Assembly: GCA_029262375.1 (NCBI GenBank)
Contig: JAJCZM010000044.1
Coordinates: 41,833 to 105,832 of the forward strand
Direction: 5' to 3'
Length of the DNA stretch: 64,000 bases
Origin: Deltaproteobacteria bacterium
GTDB taxonomy: Bacteria; Desulfobacterota; Binatia; UBA1149; SPBQ01
Shown here: in pieces, positions 8,905 through 18,885 of the stretch
Numbering within the stretch: the stretch's first letter is position 1
Layout of the letters: each line of letters opens with the position of its first letter
The notes under the pieces: model-generated
Database searches by the model: none
Seen by the model: only the letters and a program-made list of their open reading frames with translations
Told to the model about the DNA's origin: nothing
Program-made: the position numbers and the translations under genes

Positions 8905-10461
8905 ATGGCATCACTCTCCATCGAGAAGACACACGACCGTTCGGGCGACGGCAGTACCAGCGACGGTGGCAAGATCACGATCACCAACCCATCCAACGGA
9001 CGTCGCGCCGGCGAGGTAGACGTCTATGCACGCGATCAAGTCGAAGGCGTCGTCGAGCGCTGTCGCGATGCGCAGGTGTACTGGGGAGCGCTTAGTCCAA
9101 ACCAGCGCGGCCAGCTGCTGCGACGCTACCGTGACTTTCTTCTCGACGCGCGCGACGAGATCGCCGAGACCGTCGCGTCGGAAACGGGCAAACCGCTTGC
9201 CGAAGTATTCGCGGCCGAGATGATGTACGTCTGTGACGGCATCGGCTACTGGTCCAAAAAGGGCGGACGATATCTAGCCGACCGCCGCTTCAGCCCCCAC
9301 CTTCTGAAAACGAAGGTCCCGATGACCACCTACAAACCACGCGGTGTGATCGGAATGATCACCCCCTGGAACTTCCCGTTTTTGCTCAGCATCGGCGAGG
9401 CGATCCCGGCGCTGATGGCCGGCAACGGAGTGGTCATCAAACCGTCGTCGACCACGCCCTTGAGCGCCGTTCTGGGCGCACGGATCGCCGAAGAAGCGGG
9501 CCTACCGAAGGGTCTACTCGCGACGGTCACCGGGCGCGGCAACGTCGGCTGGGACCTCATCGATTTCGTCGACATGGTCTCGTTCACCGGCAGCGTCGAA
9601 GTCGGACGCAAAATCCAAATCAAGTGCGCCGAACAGCTCAAGCCCTCCACGATGGAACTCGGCGGCAAAGACCCGATGATCGTCTGCCGAGACGCCGACC
9701 TCGAGCGCGCCGCCAACGGTTGCGTGTGGGGAGCGCTGTCGAACAGCGGCCAAGTCTGTCTGTCCGTCGAGCGCGTCTATGTGGACGAGAGCATCCACGA
9801 CGAGTTCGTACGACGCGTGGTCTCCAAGGTCGGCGAGCTGCGCCAGGGATTACCGAACGAAGACGTCGACATCGGCTCGATGACATCGGAGTCGCAACTG
9901 CGAATCGTCGAAACACAGGTAGAAGACGCGCGTTCCAAGGGCGCGAAGGTGCTCGCCGGCGGGCGCCGCGTCGCCGGCCGCGAGGGACTCTGGTACGAGG
10001 CCACGGTCATTTCGGAGGTCGATGATTCCATGCAGCTGATGCGCGAGGAAACCTTCGGCCCCGTCATCGCGATCCAGAAAGTGAAGGACGAGAACGAGGC
10101 GATCGAACGCGCGAACGATTCGAATTTCGGACTATCGGCGTCGGTGTGGTCGAAGGACAAAGTCGGCGCGATGAACATCGCCCGCCGCATCGAAGCAGGG
10201 GCAGTCTGCGTCAACGACCACATGATTCACATGATGATTCCCGAAGTATCAATGGGCGGTATCAAGGAATCGGGCATGGGGCACCGTCACGGCGCCGAGG
10301 GAATCCGCAAGTTCTGCCAAGAACAGACGTTGGTGATCGACCGCTTCGGAATGAAAAAGGAAGCGCTGTGGTATCCAGGCATGAAGAACCGCGCACGGAT
10401 CTTCCGTCGCCTGCTCAACGTGTTGTTCCGCTCAGGACTGCGCAACAAGCTCTGGGGATAA
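8905..10461 (+). CDS. aldehyde dehydrogenase
   Basis: ITPWNFP, KPS, FTGS, MELGGKD, SGQVC (catalytic Cys), EETFGP. Confidence 0.95.
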   Translation: MASLSIEKTHDRSGDGSTSDGGKITITNPSNGRRAGEVDVYARDQVEGVVERCRDAQVYWGALSPNQRGQLLRRYRDFLLDARDEIAETVASETGKPLAEVFAAEMMYVCDGIGYWSKKGGRYLADRRFSPHLLKTKVPMTTYKPRGVIGMITPWNFPFLLSIGEAIPALMAGNGVVIKPSSTTPLSAVLGARIAEEAGLPKGLLATVTGRGNVGWDLIDFVDMVSFTGSVEVGRKIQIKCAEQLKPSTMELGGKDPMIVCRDADLERAANGCVWGALSNSGQVCLSVERVYVDESIHDEFVRRVVSKVGELRQGLPNEDVDIGSMTSESQLRIVETQVEDARSKGAKVLAGGRRVAGREGLWYEATVISEVDDSMQLMREETFGPVIAIQKVKDENEAIERANDSNFGLSASVWSKDKVGAMNIARRIEAGAVCVNDHMIHMMIPEVSMGGIKESGMGHRHGAEGIRKFCQEQTLVIDRFGMKKEALWYPGMKNRARIFRRLLNVLFRSGLRNKLWG

Positions 10462-10465
10462 TACG

Positions 10466-11431
10466 CTAGGGTTTGACGGCCGCTAGCGTGTCCGCGAGCA
10501 CCGTCATGGACTCGGCGCTGACCGGGCCCTTCTCGAGCGCATCGATCCAATGAGCAGGGATCGCCGATGCACCGAGATGCGCCCCCGCTATGGCACCGCT
10601 CATCGAGGCGATCGCGGCCGTATTGCCTGCCAGCGTAACAGCGTACGCGACGGTCCTCTCAAAGCTCGCGGCATTGACGACAAAGCAGTAGGCCGCGGTC
10701 ACGACCGAGCCGATGACATTCTGACTGTTACCGAGGCGGGCAATGACACGCTCGCGTTCCGGCATCTTCAATGCCATGCCTGCTGCGCTCTGATACTGCT
10801 CGCGCAGTTCACGCGCCCGGCACTCACTGCCGAGATCGAGCAGGAACTCATCGGGAGATAGTCGATCGTCGGCCGTGCACAGCGCGATCGCGACGGCCAT
10901 CGACTGCATCGCCGCACCCTCGCTTCCCAATGCATGCGCATGGGTAATCGACGCTTGTTCCTCGGCAACCCAACGCAACATCTCGGCGTCTTCGGCGTAC
11001 AGCAGACCGACCGGAGCACTGCGCGTCGCCGCAGCGTTGCCCGAACTGCTACGACCCCCGCTGACGGTACCGGCATCGCGCCACGGGGTTCCCGCGCGGA
11101 TCTTCGCCAAAGCAGCGGCCGTCCCCTGCCCGTATCCGCGCGACTCGCTGTGCCCGCGCACCATACGTGTCGCCATGTCCTCACCGTTGAACGCAGGATG
11201 CTCACACAGCGACGCAACGACGGCGGCCGTCATCTCGGTGGCGGCCCCGTAGGAGCCCGGTAGCTCGCGAATGACTTCATCGAGGCCGGCGAATCGATGC
11301 GAAATAGGACCGCGAGAGATGCCATCGAAGCGCATCCCCAGGCTGTCGCCGACCATGGCGCCGAGTAAACAGCCGCGGAATCGATCGAGCCTGGCTTCGT
11401 CAGTGGTGGGGGATTTCGCCGAGGCCGACAT
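10466..11431 (-). CDS. ADP-ribosylglycohydrolase-fold protein with degenerate metal site
   Basis: FRGCLLGAMVGDSLG, RGYG, SGNAAATRSAPVG, ITH, GAIAGA; TDD and DxD ligands missing. Confidence 0.85.
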   Translation of the reverse strand: MSASAKSPTTDEARLDRFRGCLLGAMVGDSLGMRFDGISRGPISHRFAGLDEVIRELPGSYGAATEMTAAVVASLCEHPAFNGEDMATRMVRGHSESRGYGQGTAAALAKIRAGTPWRDAGTVSGGRSSSGNAAATRSAPVGLLYAEDAEMLRWVAEEQASITHAHALGSEGAAMQSMAVAIALCTADDRLSPDEFLLDLGSECRARELREQYQSAAGMALKMPERERVIARLGNSQNVIGSVVTAAYCFVVNAASFERTVAYAVTLAGNTAAIASMSGAIAGAHLGASAIPAHWIDALEKGPVSAESMTVLADTLAAVKP

Positions 11432-11499
11432 CGGCGCGGATTATGGCAGACCACCCCGCGCTTCCAAAGACCGGTCGCGCGCGGATACACTGTCAGTGA

Positions 11500-12426
11500 G
11501 TGAGCGCGGTGAAGAAGGTCCTCATAACAGGAATATCCGGCGGCCAGGGCCGCCTACTGGCTCGGCGCCTCACCGGCGAGTGGGACGTCACCGGCGTCGA
11601 TCGCATCCCCTGGATCGGCGCGCCCGAAGAGATTTTGATCGAAACGCTGGATCTCCGGAAAAGACGCCTGCGCAACGTCATCCGTTTGAGCCGCCCCGAT
11701 GCGGTGGTGCATCTGGCGTTCGTACGCCACTTTCGCTCCGACCCTCGGGTGCGCCATTCAGTCAACGTCGAAGGCACGCAGCACTTACTGGAGAACTGTG
11801 CCGAGTTCGGCGTGAAGCGGGTCATCATACTCTCGAGCAGCTACGTCTACGGTGCACAGCCGGACAATCCTCGGTATATGCATGAAGACCATCCGCTCAA
11901 TGTGTCGCGGACCTTCCCGGAAATCCGCGATCTGACCGAGGTCGAGGGGCTTGCCAGTACCTTCCTGTGGCGCTACCCGGAGATTGCCACGTCGATCCTT
12001 CGTCCCGTCAACACGCTCGGCTACTATGTACACAGCGCCATCGGCCGCTATTTCAAGCTCGACCTGCTGCCGACCATTGCGGGCTTCGATCCCATGATGC
12101 AGTTCATTCACGAAGACGACCTGTGCGAAGCGATCGCACTCGCGCTCGAGCACGACCTGCGTGGTGTTTTCAACGTGACAGGTTCGGGAGCCCTGCCGCT
12201 CAAGCAGGCCATCCGCGCCATCGGGAAACGGCGGCTGTCTCTGCCTGAACCGCTGGCCGACCTGCTCATTGGTCAGGCATTCCGCTGGAATATCTATGAG
12301 TTTCCGCCCTCGGCGCTGGAGTTCCTGAAGTACCCCTGCACGATCTCCGGTCGTCGCTTCCAGGAAGCAACCGGGTTCGAGCCGAAGCTCACGCTCGAAG
12401 ACATATTCGAGAGCGTCTCGCGATGA
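11500..12426 (+). CDS. NAD-dependent epimerase/dehydratase family (atypical extended SDR)
   Basis: LITGISGGQG, VVHLA, NVEGT, SSSYVYGA, QFIHEDD, VFNV; start GTG 11500 or 11509. Confidence 0.88.
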   Translation: MSAVKKVLITGISGGQGRLLARRLTGEWDVTGVDRIPWIGAPEEILIETLDLRKRRLRNVIRLSRPDAVVHLAFVRHFRSDPRVRHSVNVEGTQHLLENCAEFGVKRVIILSSSYVYGAQPDNPRYMHEDHPLNVSRTFPEIRDLTEVEGLASTFLWRYPEIATSILRPVNTLGYYVHSAIGRYFKLDLLPTIAGFDPMMQFIHEDDLCEAIALALEHDLRGVFNVTGSGALPLKQAIRAIGKRRLSLPEPLADLLIGQAFRWNIYEFPPSALEFLKYPCTISGRRFQEATGFEPKLTLEDIFESVSR

Positions 12427-13304
12427 ACAATCCTTTCAAACTGGGTGACATGCTGCGCACAGGCCTTACCAGTATCGAGTGCGGAGACTCCATCGCGCGA
12501 GAGATCGACGAGAAGGTCGTTGCCATCCCCGCCGACCTGAACAGCTACGGCTATGACCCATGGGGGTTCAGTCCGAAAGTATTCCGCGACTACTTACTTC
12601 CGGCCGCGATCATGTACCGCCATTACTTTCGATGCATCACCCGCGGCATCGAGCACATCCCCGAAGGCCGCTGCATGCTGATCGGCAACCACGCCGGCCA
12701 GGTCGCATTCGACGGACTGATGGTCATGACGGCGATGGTGCTGGAGGCGCGCCCGCCGCGGCTCGCGCGCGCGATGGGTGAGTATTGGCTCGGCAGCCTT
12801 CCCTGGCTCGGTGTGCTGCTCGATCGAATAGGCAGTTCCGTCGGCACGCCTCAGACCTGCGCCGACATGCTCGAGCACGGCGAGTGCATTCTCGCCTTCC
12901 CGGAAGGCATTCGCGGAATGAACAAGACCTACGCCGACGCGTACCAACTGCAGGAGTTCGGATTGGGATTCATGCGACTCGCGCTACAGACCAATACGCC
13001 CATCGTGCCGTTCTCCGTCGTAGGATCGGAAGAACAGGCGCCCAGCATTGCCAATCTCGAAGGAATCGGCCGGTTGATCGGCGCACCGGCATTTCCCATC
13101 ACGCTTACCTGGCCCTGGCTGGGTCCGCTCGGAATGATTCCACTGCCCACCCGCTACCACATCGATTTCGGTGAGCCGATGTACTTCGACGGCGACCCCA
13201 CCGATGAGGACGACGTGCTCATCGAGAAAGTAGAAAGCGTCAAAGCCAACATTCAGTCGATGATTCGCGACGGCCTTGCACGCCGCGAGAGTATTTTCTT
13301 CTAG
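12423..13304 (+). CDS. lysophospholipid/glycerolipid acyltransferase (PlsC superfamily)
   Basis: IGNHAGQVAFDG, FPEG, GFMRLA..T..PIVP; ATGA overlap with the epimerase gene. Confidence 0.9.
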   Translation: MNNPFKLGDMLRTGLTSIECGDSIAREIDEKVVAIPADLNSYGYDPWGFSPKVFRDYLLPAAIMYRHYFRCITRGIEHIPEGRCMLIGNHAGQVAFDGLMVMTAMVLEARPPRLARAMGEYWLGSLPWLGVLLDRIGSSVGTPQTCADMLEHGECILAFPEGIRGMNKTYADAYQLQEFGLGFMRLALQTNTPIVPFSVVGSEEQAPSIANLEGIGRLIGAPAFPITLTWPWLGPLGMIPLPTRYHIDFGEPMYFDGDPTDEDDVLIEKVESVKANIQSMIRDGLARRESIFF

Positions 13305-13345
13305 CCACGCCGGCGCTCGCGATCGTGCAAGGAAAGCCCCACAAG

Positions 13346-14449
13346 ATGAAACGAGCGCTGCTCGCCTGTTGCGGCACAGCCGCGCTGCTTGTCGCGACAC
13401 TGACAACAGCCACACCCGCGCGGGCACACCTGGGCGCCGTCAGCTACTCGACGATCGTCGTCAACGACCTGACGGTGACCTACATACTGAAGTTCGCCGC
13501 TCATCAGATTCCCGACCTCGAAGCCGAAGAAGGTGAAGTGACGCCGGAGCGCGTACGGGAGCTCGAACCGAACATTCTCGCATGGCTGCGCGAAGCGGTC
13601 GTCCTGGATCGCGGCGCCGACCGATGCCAACCGGAACTGATGCGCACGATCGGCCCCGACGAAGAGGACGATCTGAGCGTGGCGTTGCGGTTCGCCTGCA
13701 CCGACGACCGCGGCACGCTACGCGTGCAGTTCACCGCGTTCACGAACGTCGCGCGCTCGCAGAACATTGCGTCGATAGAGATAGACGGCAAAAAGCTCGG
13801 TTACGTCTTCACGGCGGAACATCCCGTGATGAACTATCGCAGCGCGTCGGCGCAGACGGCGGGGTCGGCCGGCGACGCCAACGCGTCGATGCCACTAGGA
13901 TTCCGCGAGTTCTTCGAGCTCGGCGTCGAGCACATCTGGACCGGCTACGACCATCTCTTGTTCCTGATCGCGTTGCTGCTTCCCGGCGGAACCTTCCTAC
14001 GATTGGTGGCAATCGTGACGGCCTTCACGATCGCGCATAGTGCGACGCTGGGCCTCGCGGCACTTGATCTCGTTAGCCTTCCACCCGCGCCGGTCGAGAT
14101 AACGATCGCACTGACGATAATCTGGGCGGCGTCGCTCTCGCTCAGAGAAACGGCGCACGACAGGCGCCGCGGCTCGACGTTCTTCCTCGGCTTGATTCAC
14201 GGTTTCGGATTCGCCGGCGTGCTGTCAACCGCGGGACTGTCCAAGGAGAACGTCGTCGTACCGTTGCTCGCGTTCAACGTCGGCGTAGAAGTCGGGCAGA
14301 TCGTCGTGGTCGCCTGCGTGATTCCGCTAATCGCCCTGATCAGTCGCAGCCGCTACAGCGCGCAAATTCGAACCGCGACCGCGTGGCTGATCGTAGCGGC
14401 GGGCGTGTTCTGGGCCAGCGAGCGCATCGCGGGGCTGCTCGCGGGCTGA
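13346..14449 (+). CDS. HupE/UreJ-family membrane protein with periplasmic N-domain
   Basis: Signal peptide ending ARA-H; GVEHIWTGYDHLLF, TAFTIAHS, GLIHGFGFA, FNVGVEVGQ. Confidence 0.9.
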   Translation: MKRALLACCGTAALLVATLTTATPARAHLGAVSYSTIVVNDLTVTYILKFAAHQIPDLEAEEGEVTPERVRELEPNILAWLREAVVLDRGADRCQPELMRTIGPDEEDDLSVALRFACTDDRGTLRVQFTAFTNVARSQNIASIEIDGKKLGYVFTAEHPVMNYRSASAQTAGSAGDANASMPLGFREFFELGVEHIWTGYDHLLFLIALLLPGGTFLRLVAIVTAFTIAHSATLGLAALDLVSLPPAPVEITIALTIIWAASLSLRETAHDRRRGSTFFLGLIHGFGFAGVLSTAGLSKENVVVPLLAFNVGVEVGQIVVVACVIPLIALISRSRYSAQIRTATAWLIVAAGVFWASERIAGLLAG

Positions 14450-14498
14450 CCTGAAGCCGCTTCCCTCTGCACGCCAAGTCTGTGAGGATTCGCGAACT

Positions 14499-15170
14499 GT
14501 GCCCAACGACCGCTTCCACATTGAGCCCGAGCAGGTGCACGCGGTGGTCTTCGACCTCGGCGGCGTACTGATCGAGGGCGGCCCCAGCGAAGTCGTCGCA
14601 TTCGGCAAACGCACCGGTCTCGACGACGACCAATGGCGCGTGCTGCGACGCGAGATATTCGGCAATGAGGGCATGTGGGCGCAACTCGAACGCGGCGAGG
14701 TCGCCTACGAGGACTTCGTACGCGAGCTGCGTGCACGTGTGAACGGCGCCGGTGGCGACATATCGGAAGAAGAAGCCGCCTTCTTCATGGGCCGCCCCGA
14801 GCCGATGGGCAGTGAATCCCCCGTGAGGCCGGCCATGGTAGAGGCCGTACGCGCATTGCGAGCTGTAATGCCGACCGCCTTGCTCACGAACAACGTGGTC
14901 GAATGGCGCGACGGATGGAGCATGGTTTTCAACGACCCCGAACTCTTCGAGGTCATTGTCGACTCCAGCGCGGTCGGTGCACGAAAGCCGGAGCCGCGCA
15001 TCTACGAAATCACGCGCGAGCGCCTCGATGTCCCCCATGAGGCCATTTTGTTCGTTGACGATATCGGCCAGAATCTGAAGGCCGCGAAACAGCTGGGATG
15101 GCAGACGCTCCTTTTCACGCAAGAAGCAGACGTCTTGCCCGTCCTGAAGAGTATTTGTGATCGATCGTGA
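14499..15170 (+). CDS. HAD-superfamily hydrolase (YihX-like)
   Basis: [23 protein letters not shown]. Confidence 0.88.
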   Translation: MPNDRFHIEPEQVHAVVFDLGGVLIEGGPSEVVAFGKRTGLDDDQWRVLRREIFGNEGMWAQLERGEVAYEDFVRELRARVNGAGGDISEEEAAFFMGRPEPMGSESPVRPAMVEAVRALRAVMPTALLTNNVVEWRDGWSMVFNDPELFEVIVDSSAVGARKPEPRIYEITRERLDVPHEAILFVDDIGQNLKAAKQLGWQTLLFTQEADVLPVLKSICDRS

Positions 15171-16774
15171 AACGACTCGTCTCTCAAGTTCGAACGTCCG
15201 ATAGCGAGTTCAAACGCAACGCGCAGCACATGCGCGCGCTCTGCGCCCAGCTCGGGGAACGTGTAGCCGCCAACCGCGAAGGCGGATCAGAGAAAGCGCG
15301 CGCGCTTCACGTAGGACGTGGCAAACTTCTGCCGCGTGATCGCGTCGAACGGCTGCTCGACCCCGGCACGCCGTTTCTTGAACTCTCTGCGTTGGCCGCG
15401 TGGGATCTCTACGAAGGCGACGCGCCGGGCGCGAGCATCATCACCGGGGTCGGAACGATTCAGGGGCGCCAAGCCGTCATCGTCGCGAACGATGCCACCG
15501 TCAAGGGCGGCACGTACTACCCGATGACGGTAAAGAAGCATCTGCGCGCGCAAGAGATCGCGATGGAGAATCGCCTGCCCACCATCTACTTGGTGGACTC
15601 CGGCGGCGCGTTCTTGCCGATGCAACACGAAGTATTCCCCGACAAGGAACACTTCGGTCGCATCTTTTTCAATCAGGCCAACATGTCGGCACTCGGCATC
15701 CCACAGATCGCCGCGGTCATGGGGTCGTGCACGGCGGGCGGCGCCTACGTGCCGGCCATGTGTGACGAGAGCATTATCGTCGCCAATCAGGGAACCATCT
15801 TCCTGGCGGGACCGCCACTGGTAAAAGCGGCGACCGGCGAAGTGGTAACGGCGGAGCAACTCGGCGGCGGCGAAGTACATACATCGCAATCCGGTGTGGC
15901 CGACCATCTGGCGGAGGACGATGAAGACGCGATCCGCATCGCGCGTCGTATCTTCGAGCATCTGCCGCCGGCAAACGCGCCGGGTATCCAAATCGAAGCG
16001 CCCGAAGACCCCGCTTACGACCCGGCGGAAATTTACGGCATCATTCCGAATGACGTACGCAAGCCGTACGACGTGCGCGAGGTCATCGCGCGTCTGGTCG
16101 ATGGCTCCCGATTCGATGAATTCAAAGCGCGCTACGGCACGACACTCGTCACCGGATTCGCTCGCGTACACGGTATCCCGGTCGGAATCATCGCCAACAA
16201 CGGCGTGCTGTTCTCCGAGTCCGCCTTGAAGGCGACGCACTTCATCGAGCTGTGCTGCAAACGCAATACTCCCCTGCTCTTTCTGCAGAACATCACCGGA
16301 TTCATGGTCGGTCGTCAGTACGAGTCGGGCGGTATCGCAAAGGACGGCGCGAAAATGGTCATGGCCGTCGCGAATGCTCGCGTACCGAAGCTGACCGTGA
16401 TCATCGGCGCCTCGAACGGTGCCGGAAACTACGGCATGTGCGGACGCGCATACAGTCCTCGATTCCTCTACATGTGGCCGAACGGCCGCATCTCGGTGAT
16501 GGGCGGCGAACAAGCCGCATCGGTACTGACGACCGTAAAGCAGGCGCAGCTGGAAAAGGAAGGCAAGCAACTCGACGACGCCGGCCTTGCGGCTCTTCAG
16601 CAGCCCATTCTCGAGAAGTACGAGCGCGAAGGAAGTCCCTATTTCAGCACGGCACGGCTATGGGACGACGGCGTCATCGACCCACTCGACACGCGTGCCT
16701 TCATCGGCTTGTCGCTCGCTGCCGCACTGAACCGACCGAATGAAGACACCGAGTACGGTGTCTTCCGCATGTAG
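15167..16774 (+). CDS. liuB: 3-methylcrotonyl-CoA carboxylase, carboxyltransferase subunit
   Basis: [56 protein letters not shown]-terminal YGVFRM. Confidence 0.92.
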   Translation: MKRLVSQVRTSDSEFKRNAQHMRALCAQLGERVAANREGGSEKARALHVGRGKLLPRDRVERLLDPGTPFLELSALAAWDLYEGDAPGASIITGVGTIQGRQAVIVANDATVKGGTYYPMTVKKHLRAQEIAMENRLPTIYLVDSGGAFLPMQHEVFPDKEHFGRIFFNQANMSALGIPQIAAVMGSCTAGGAYVPAMCDESIIVANQGTIFLAGPPLVKAATGEVVTAEQLGGGEVHTSQSGVADHLAEDDEDAIRIARRIFEHLPPANAPGIQIEAPEDPAYDPAEIYGIIPNDVRKPYDVREVIARLVDGSRFDEFKARYGTTLVTGFARVHGIPVGIIANNGVLFSESALKATHFIELCCKRNTPLLFLQNITGFMVGRQYESGGIAKDGAKMVMAVANARVPKLTVIIGASNGAGNYGMCGRAYSPRFLYMWPNGRISVMGGEQAASVLTTVKQAQLEKEGKQLDDAGLAALQQPILEKYEREGSPYFSTARLWDDGVIDPLDTRAFIGLSLAAALNRPNEDTEYGVFRM

Positions 16775-16809
16775 CCGAGCCGCACCTACTCACCGCGACA
16801 ACGACGACG

Positions 16810-18321
16810 ATGACGCAGAAGACCATCAAACGATTGCTGATCGCCAACCGCTCCGAGATCGCGTGCCGGATCGCGCGATCCGCACGCGAGATGGGCATCG
16901 AGACCGTCGCGGTCTATTCCCAGGCCGATGCAGGAGCGGCACACGTCGTCCTCGCCGACCACAGCGTGGCACTTGGCGGGATCTCGCCTGCCGAAAGCTA
17001 CTTGAGAATCGACGCGATCATCGAAGCCGCGCGCACGTCCGGCGCCGACGCCGTACACCCCGGCTACGGCTTCCTCGCCGAGAATGCAGAGTTCGCGCGT
17101 GCGGTCACTGCTGCCGGTCTCGTCTTCGTCGGGCCGTCGCCGGGTGCGATCGAGCTGATGGGCGACAAGATCGCGGCACGCAGCGCTGCTGAAGTTCAAG
17201 GATTGCCGCTCGTTCCCTGCGCCGAAATAGACACGAACACCGGCGACGTCGAGACAGCAGCCGCCGCGTTGGGCTACCCGGTACTCGTCAAGGCGGCCGC
17301 AGGCGGCGGCGGTCGCGGCATGCGCGTCGTGCACGATGCGCACGCACTGGCAGATGCGATCGAGCAGGCGCGACGCGAAGCACAATCAGCATTCGGCGAC
17401 GGACGGATCTTCTTGGAGAAGTACCTCAACGAACCGCGCCACATCGAAGTACAAGTTTTCGGATTCTCCGATGGCACGGTCGCACATCTAGGCGAACGCG
17501 ACTGCTCGACACAGCGTCGTCATCAGAAAATCGTCGAAGAAGCGCCGTCGGTGACCATCGATGACGCCACGCGCGCGGCGATGACGGCGGCAGCCGTAAA
17601 GATCACCTCTGCAATCGAGTATCGCGGCGCTGGAACGGTCGAGTTCATCGTCTCGGGCGGTGCGTTCTACTTCCTCGAGATGAACACGCGCCTCCAGGTC
17701 GAACACGCGGTCACCGAGATGGTCTGCGGCGTCGATCTCGTACGCATGCAACTCGAAACAGCCGCCGAGTCCGACGCCCCGCGAACCGACTTCGCCGCGC
17801 GCGGTCACTCGATCGAGTGCCGCGTATACGCGGAGGATCCCACCAACGGATTCCTTCCTACCGGCGGGAAGGTCCTGCGCGTCGATCACCCGACAGGTCC
17901 CTGCGTTCGCGTCGATTCCGCGCTGTACGACGGACTGGAAGTGCCGGTTCTGTACGACCCGATGCTCGCCAAGGTCGTCGTATGGGCACCGGATCGCGGC
18001 CAAGCGATTTCACGAATGGCGGCCGCGCTCGAGGAGTTCGCGATCGTCGGTTTACCGACAAACCTGGCGTTCTTGATCGATGTCGTGCGCTCGAGCGCGT
18101 TCGCGTCGGGAGCGATCGCCACTACGAGCATCGAGCACGACTATGCCGATTGGCGACCGTCGGCTGGCGATGCGACCGATTCAGCACTGGCCGCCGCTGC
18201 CGTAGTTGCCGAGTTCGGTCGGCCCGGGACGGCCTTCGCCGGCCCTGTCGCCACCGCGCCGACACCGTGGCAGACGTTGGGAGCCTGGCGCAGCGGCAAC
18301 GAAAAGGAGCCTGGCTCGTGA
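16810..18321 (+). CDS. biotin carboxylase subunit (N-terminal part of LiuD/MccA)
   Basis: LLIANRSEIA, HPGYGFLAEN, KAAAGGGGRGM, RDCSTQRRHQK, EMNTRLQVEH. Confidence 0.92.
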   Translation: MTQKTIKRLLIANRSEIACRIARSAREMGIETVAVYSQADAGAAHVVLADHSVALGGISPAESYLRIDAIIEAARTSGADAVHPGYGFLAENAEFARAVTAAGLVFVGPSPGAIELMGDKIAARSAAEVQGLPLVPCAEIDTNTGDVETAAAALGYPVLVKAAAGGGGRGMRVVHDAHALADAIEQARREAQSAFGDGRIFLEKYLNEPRHIEVQVFGFSDGTVAHLGERDCSTQRRHQKIVEEAPSVTIDDATRAAMTAAAVKITSAIEYRGAGTVEFIVSGGAFYFLEMNTRLQVEHAVTEMVCGVDLVRMQLETAAESDAPRTDFAARGHSIECRVYAEDPTNGFLPTGGKVLRVDHPTGPCVRVDSALYDGLEVPVLYDPMLAKVVVWAPDRGQAISRMAAALEEFAIVGLPTNLAFLIDVVRSSAFASGAIATTSIEHDYADWRPSAGDATDSALAAAAVVAEFGRPGTAFAGPVATAPTPWQTLGAWRSGNEKEPGS

Positions 18322-18824
18322 GTCGGCTATACCGAGTCGCGTCCGCCGTCACCGGCGCGACCATCGAATCCATCACATCCGGTGACAAGCTCGTCGTTCG
18401 TATCGGGGATCGTGAGATCACGGTCGACGAGTATGAGATCGGCGAGCGCTACGTAACCGTTACGATCGGCGGACGAAGCCGTCGGTTTCTGCACGCGCGA
18501 GAGTCCGCGCACGTGCACGTCGCCGGTGGCGGGCAATCGATCGGCCTGATACCGGCCGACGAAGACGCGGACGACAGTACAACCGCCGGTAGCTTCACGC
18601 CGCACATCACGGCACCGATGCCGGGGAAGGTACTGGACGTCCTCGTGGCCGTAGGCGACCGGCTGGAAGCCGGCGCACCGCTACTACTACTAGAAGCGAT
18701 GAAGATGGAGCAGACGATTCGCTCCGCGACTGCTGCTGAGGTCGTCGAAGTCCACGTTGCCATCGATGCGATGGTGGGACCGGGCGAAACCCTCGTCACG
18801 CTCGCTCAACTCGCAGACGAGTAA
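18318..18824 (+). CDS. biotin carboxyl carrier protein (BT-BCCP, C-terminal part of LiuD/MccA)
   Basis: GTGA overlap with RBS AAGGAG; APMPGKV, LEAMKME biotinylation motif. Confidence 0.88.
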   Translation: MSRLYRVASAVTGATIESITSGDKLVVRIGDREITVDEYEIGERYVTVTIGGRSRRFLHARESAHVHVAGGGQSIGLIPADEDADDSTTAGSFTPHITAPMPGKVLDVLVAVGDRLEAGAPLLLLEAMKMEQTIRSATAAEVVEVHVAIDAMVGPGETLVTLAQLADE

Positions 18825-18826
18825 GC

Positions 18827-18858
18827 TGCGAATCGTGCGGCTCATGCGAATCGTGCGG
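18827..18858. repeat. 14-bp direct repeat x2
   Basis: TGCGAATCGTGCGG at 18827 and 18845, between convergent genes. Confidence 0.7.
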
Positions 18859-18885
18859 ACAACTCCGATCTGCGCTCGTGTGCGC

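Noticed and set aside
15287-16570. 427-aa antisense ORF over liuB (similar cases at 25229-26395, 29526-30590, 20838-21848)
   Set aside because: Mirror frames of well-conserved genes with no independent coding signal.
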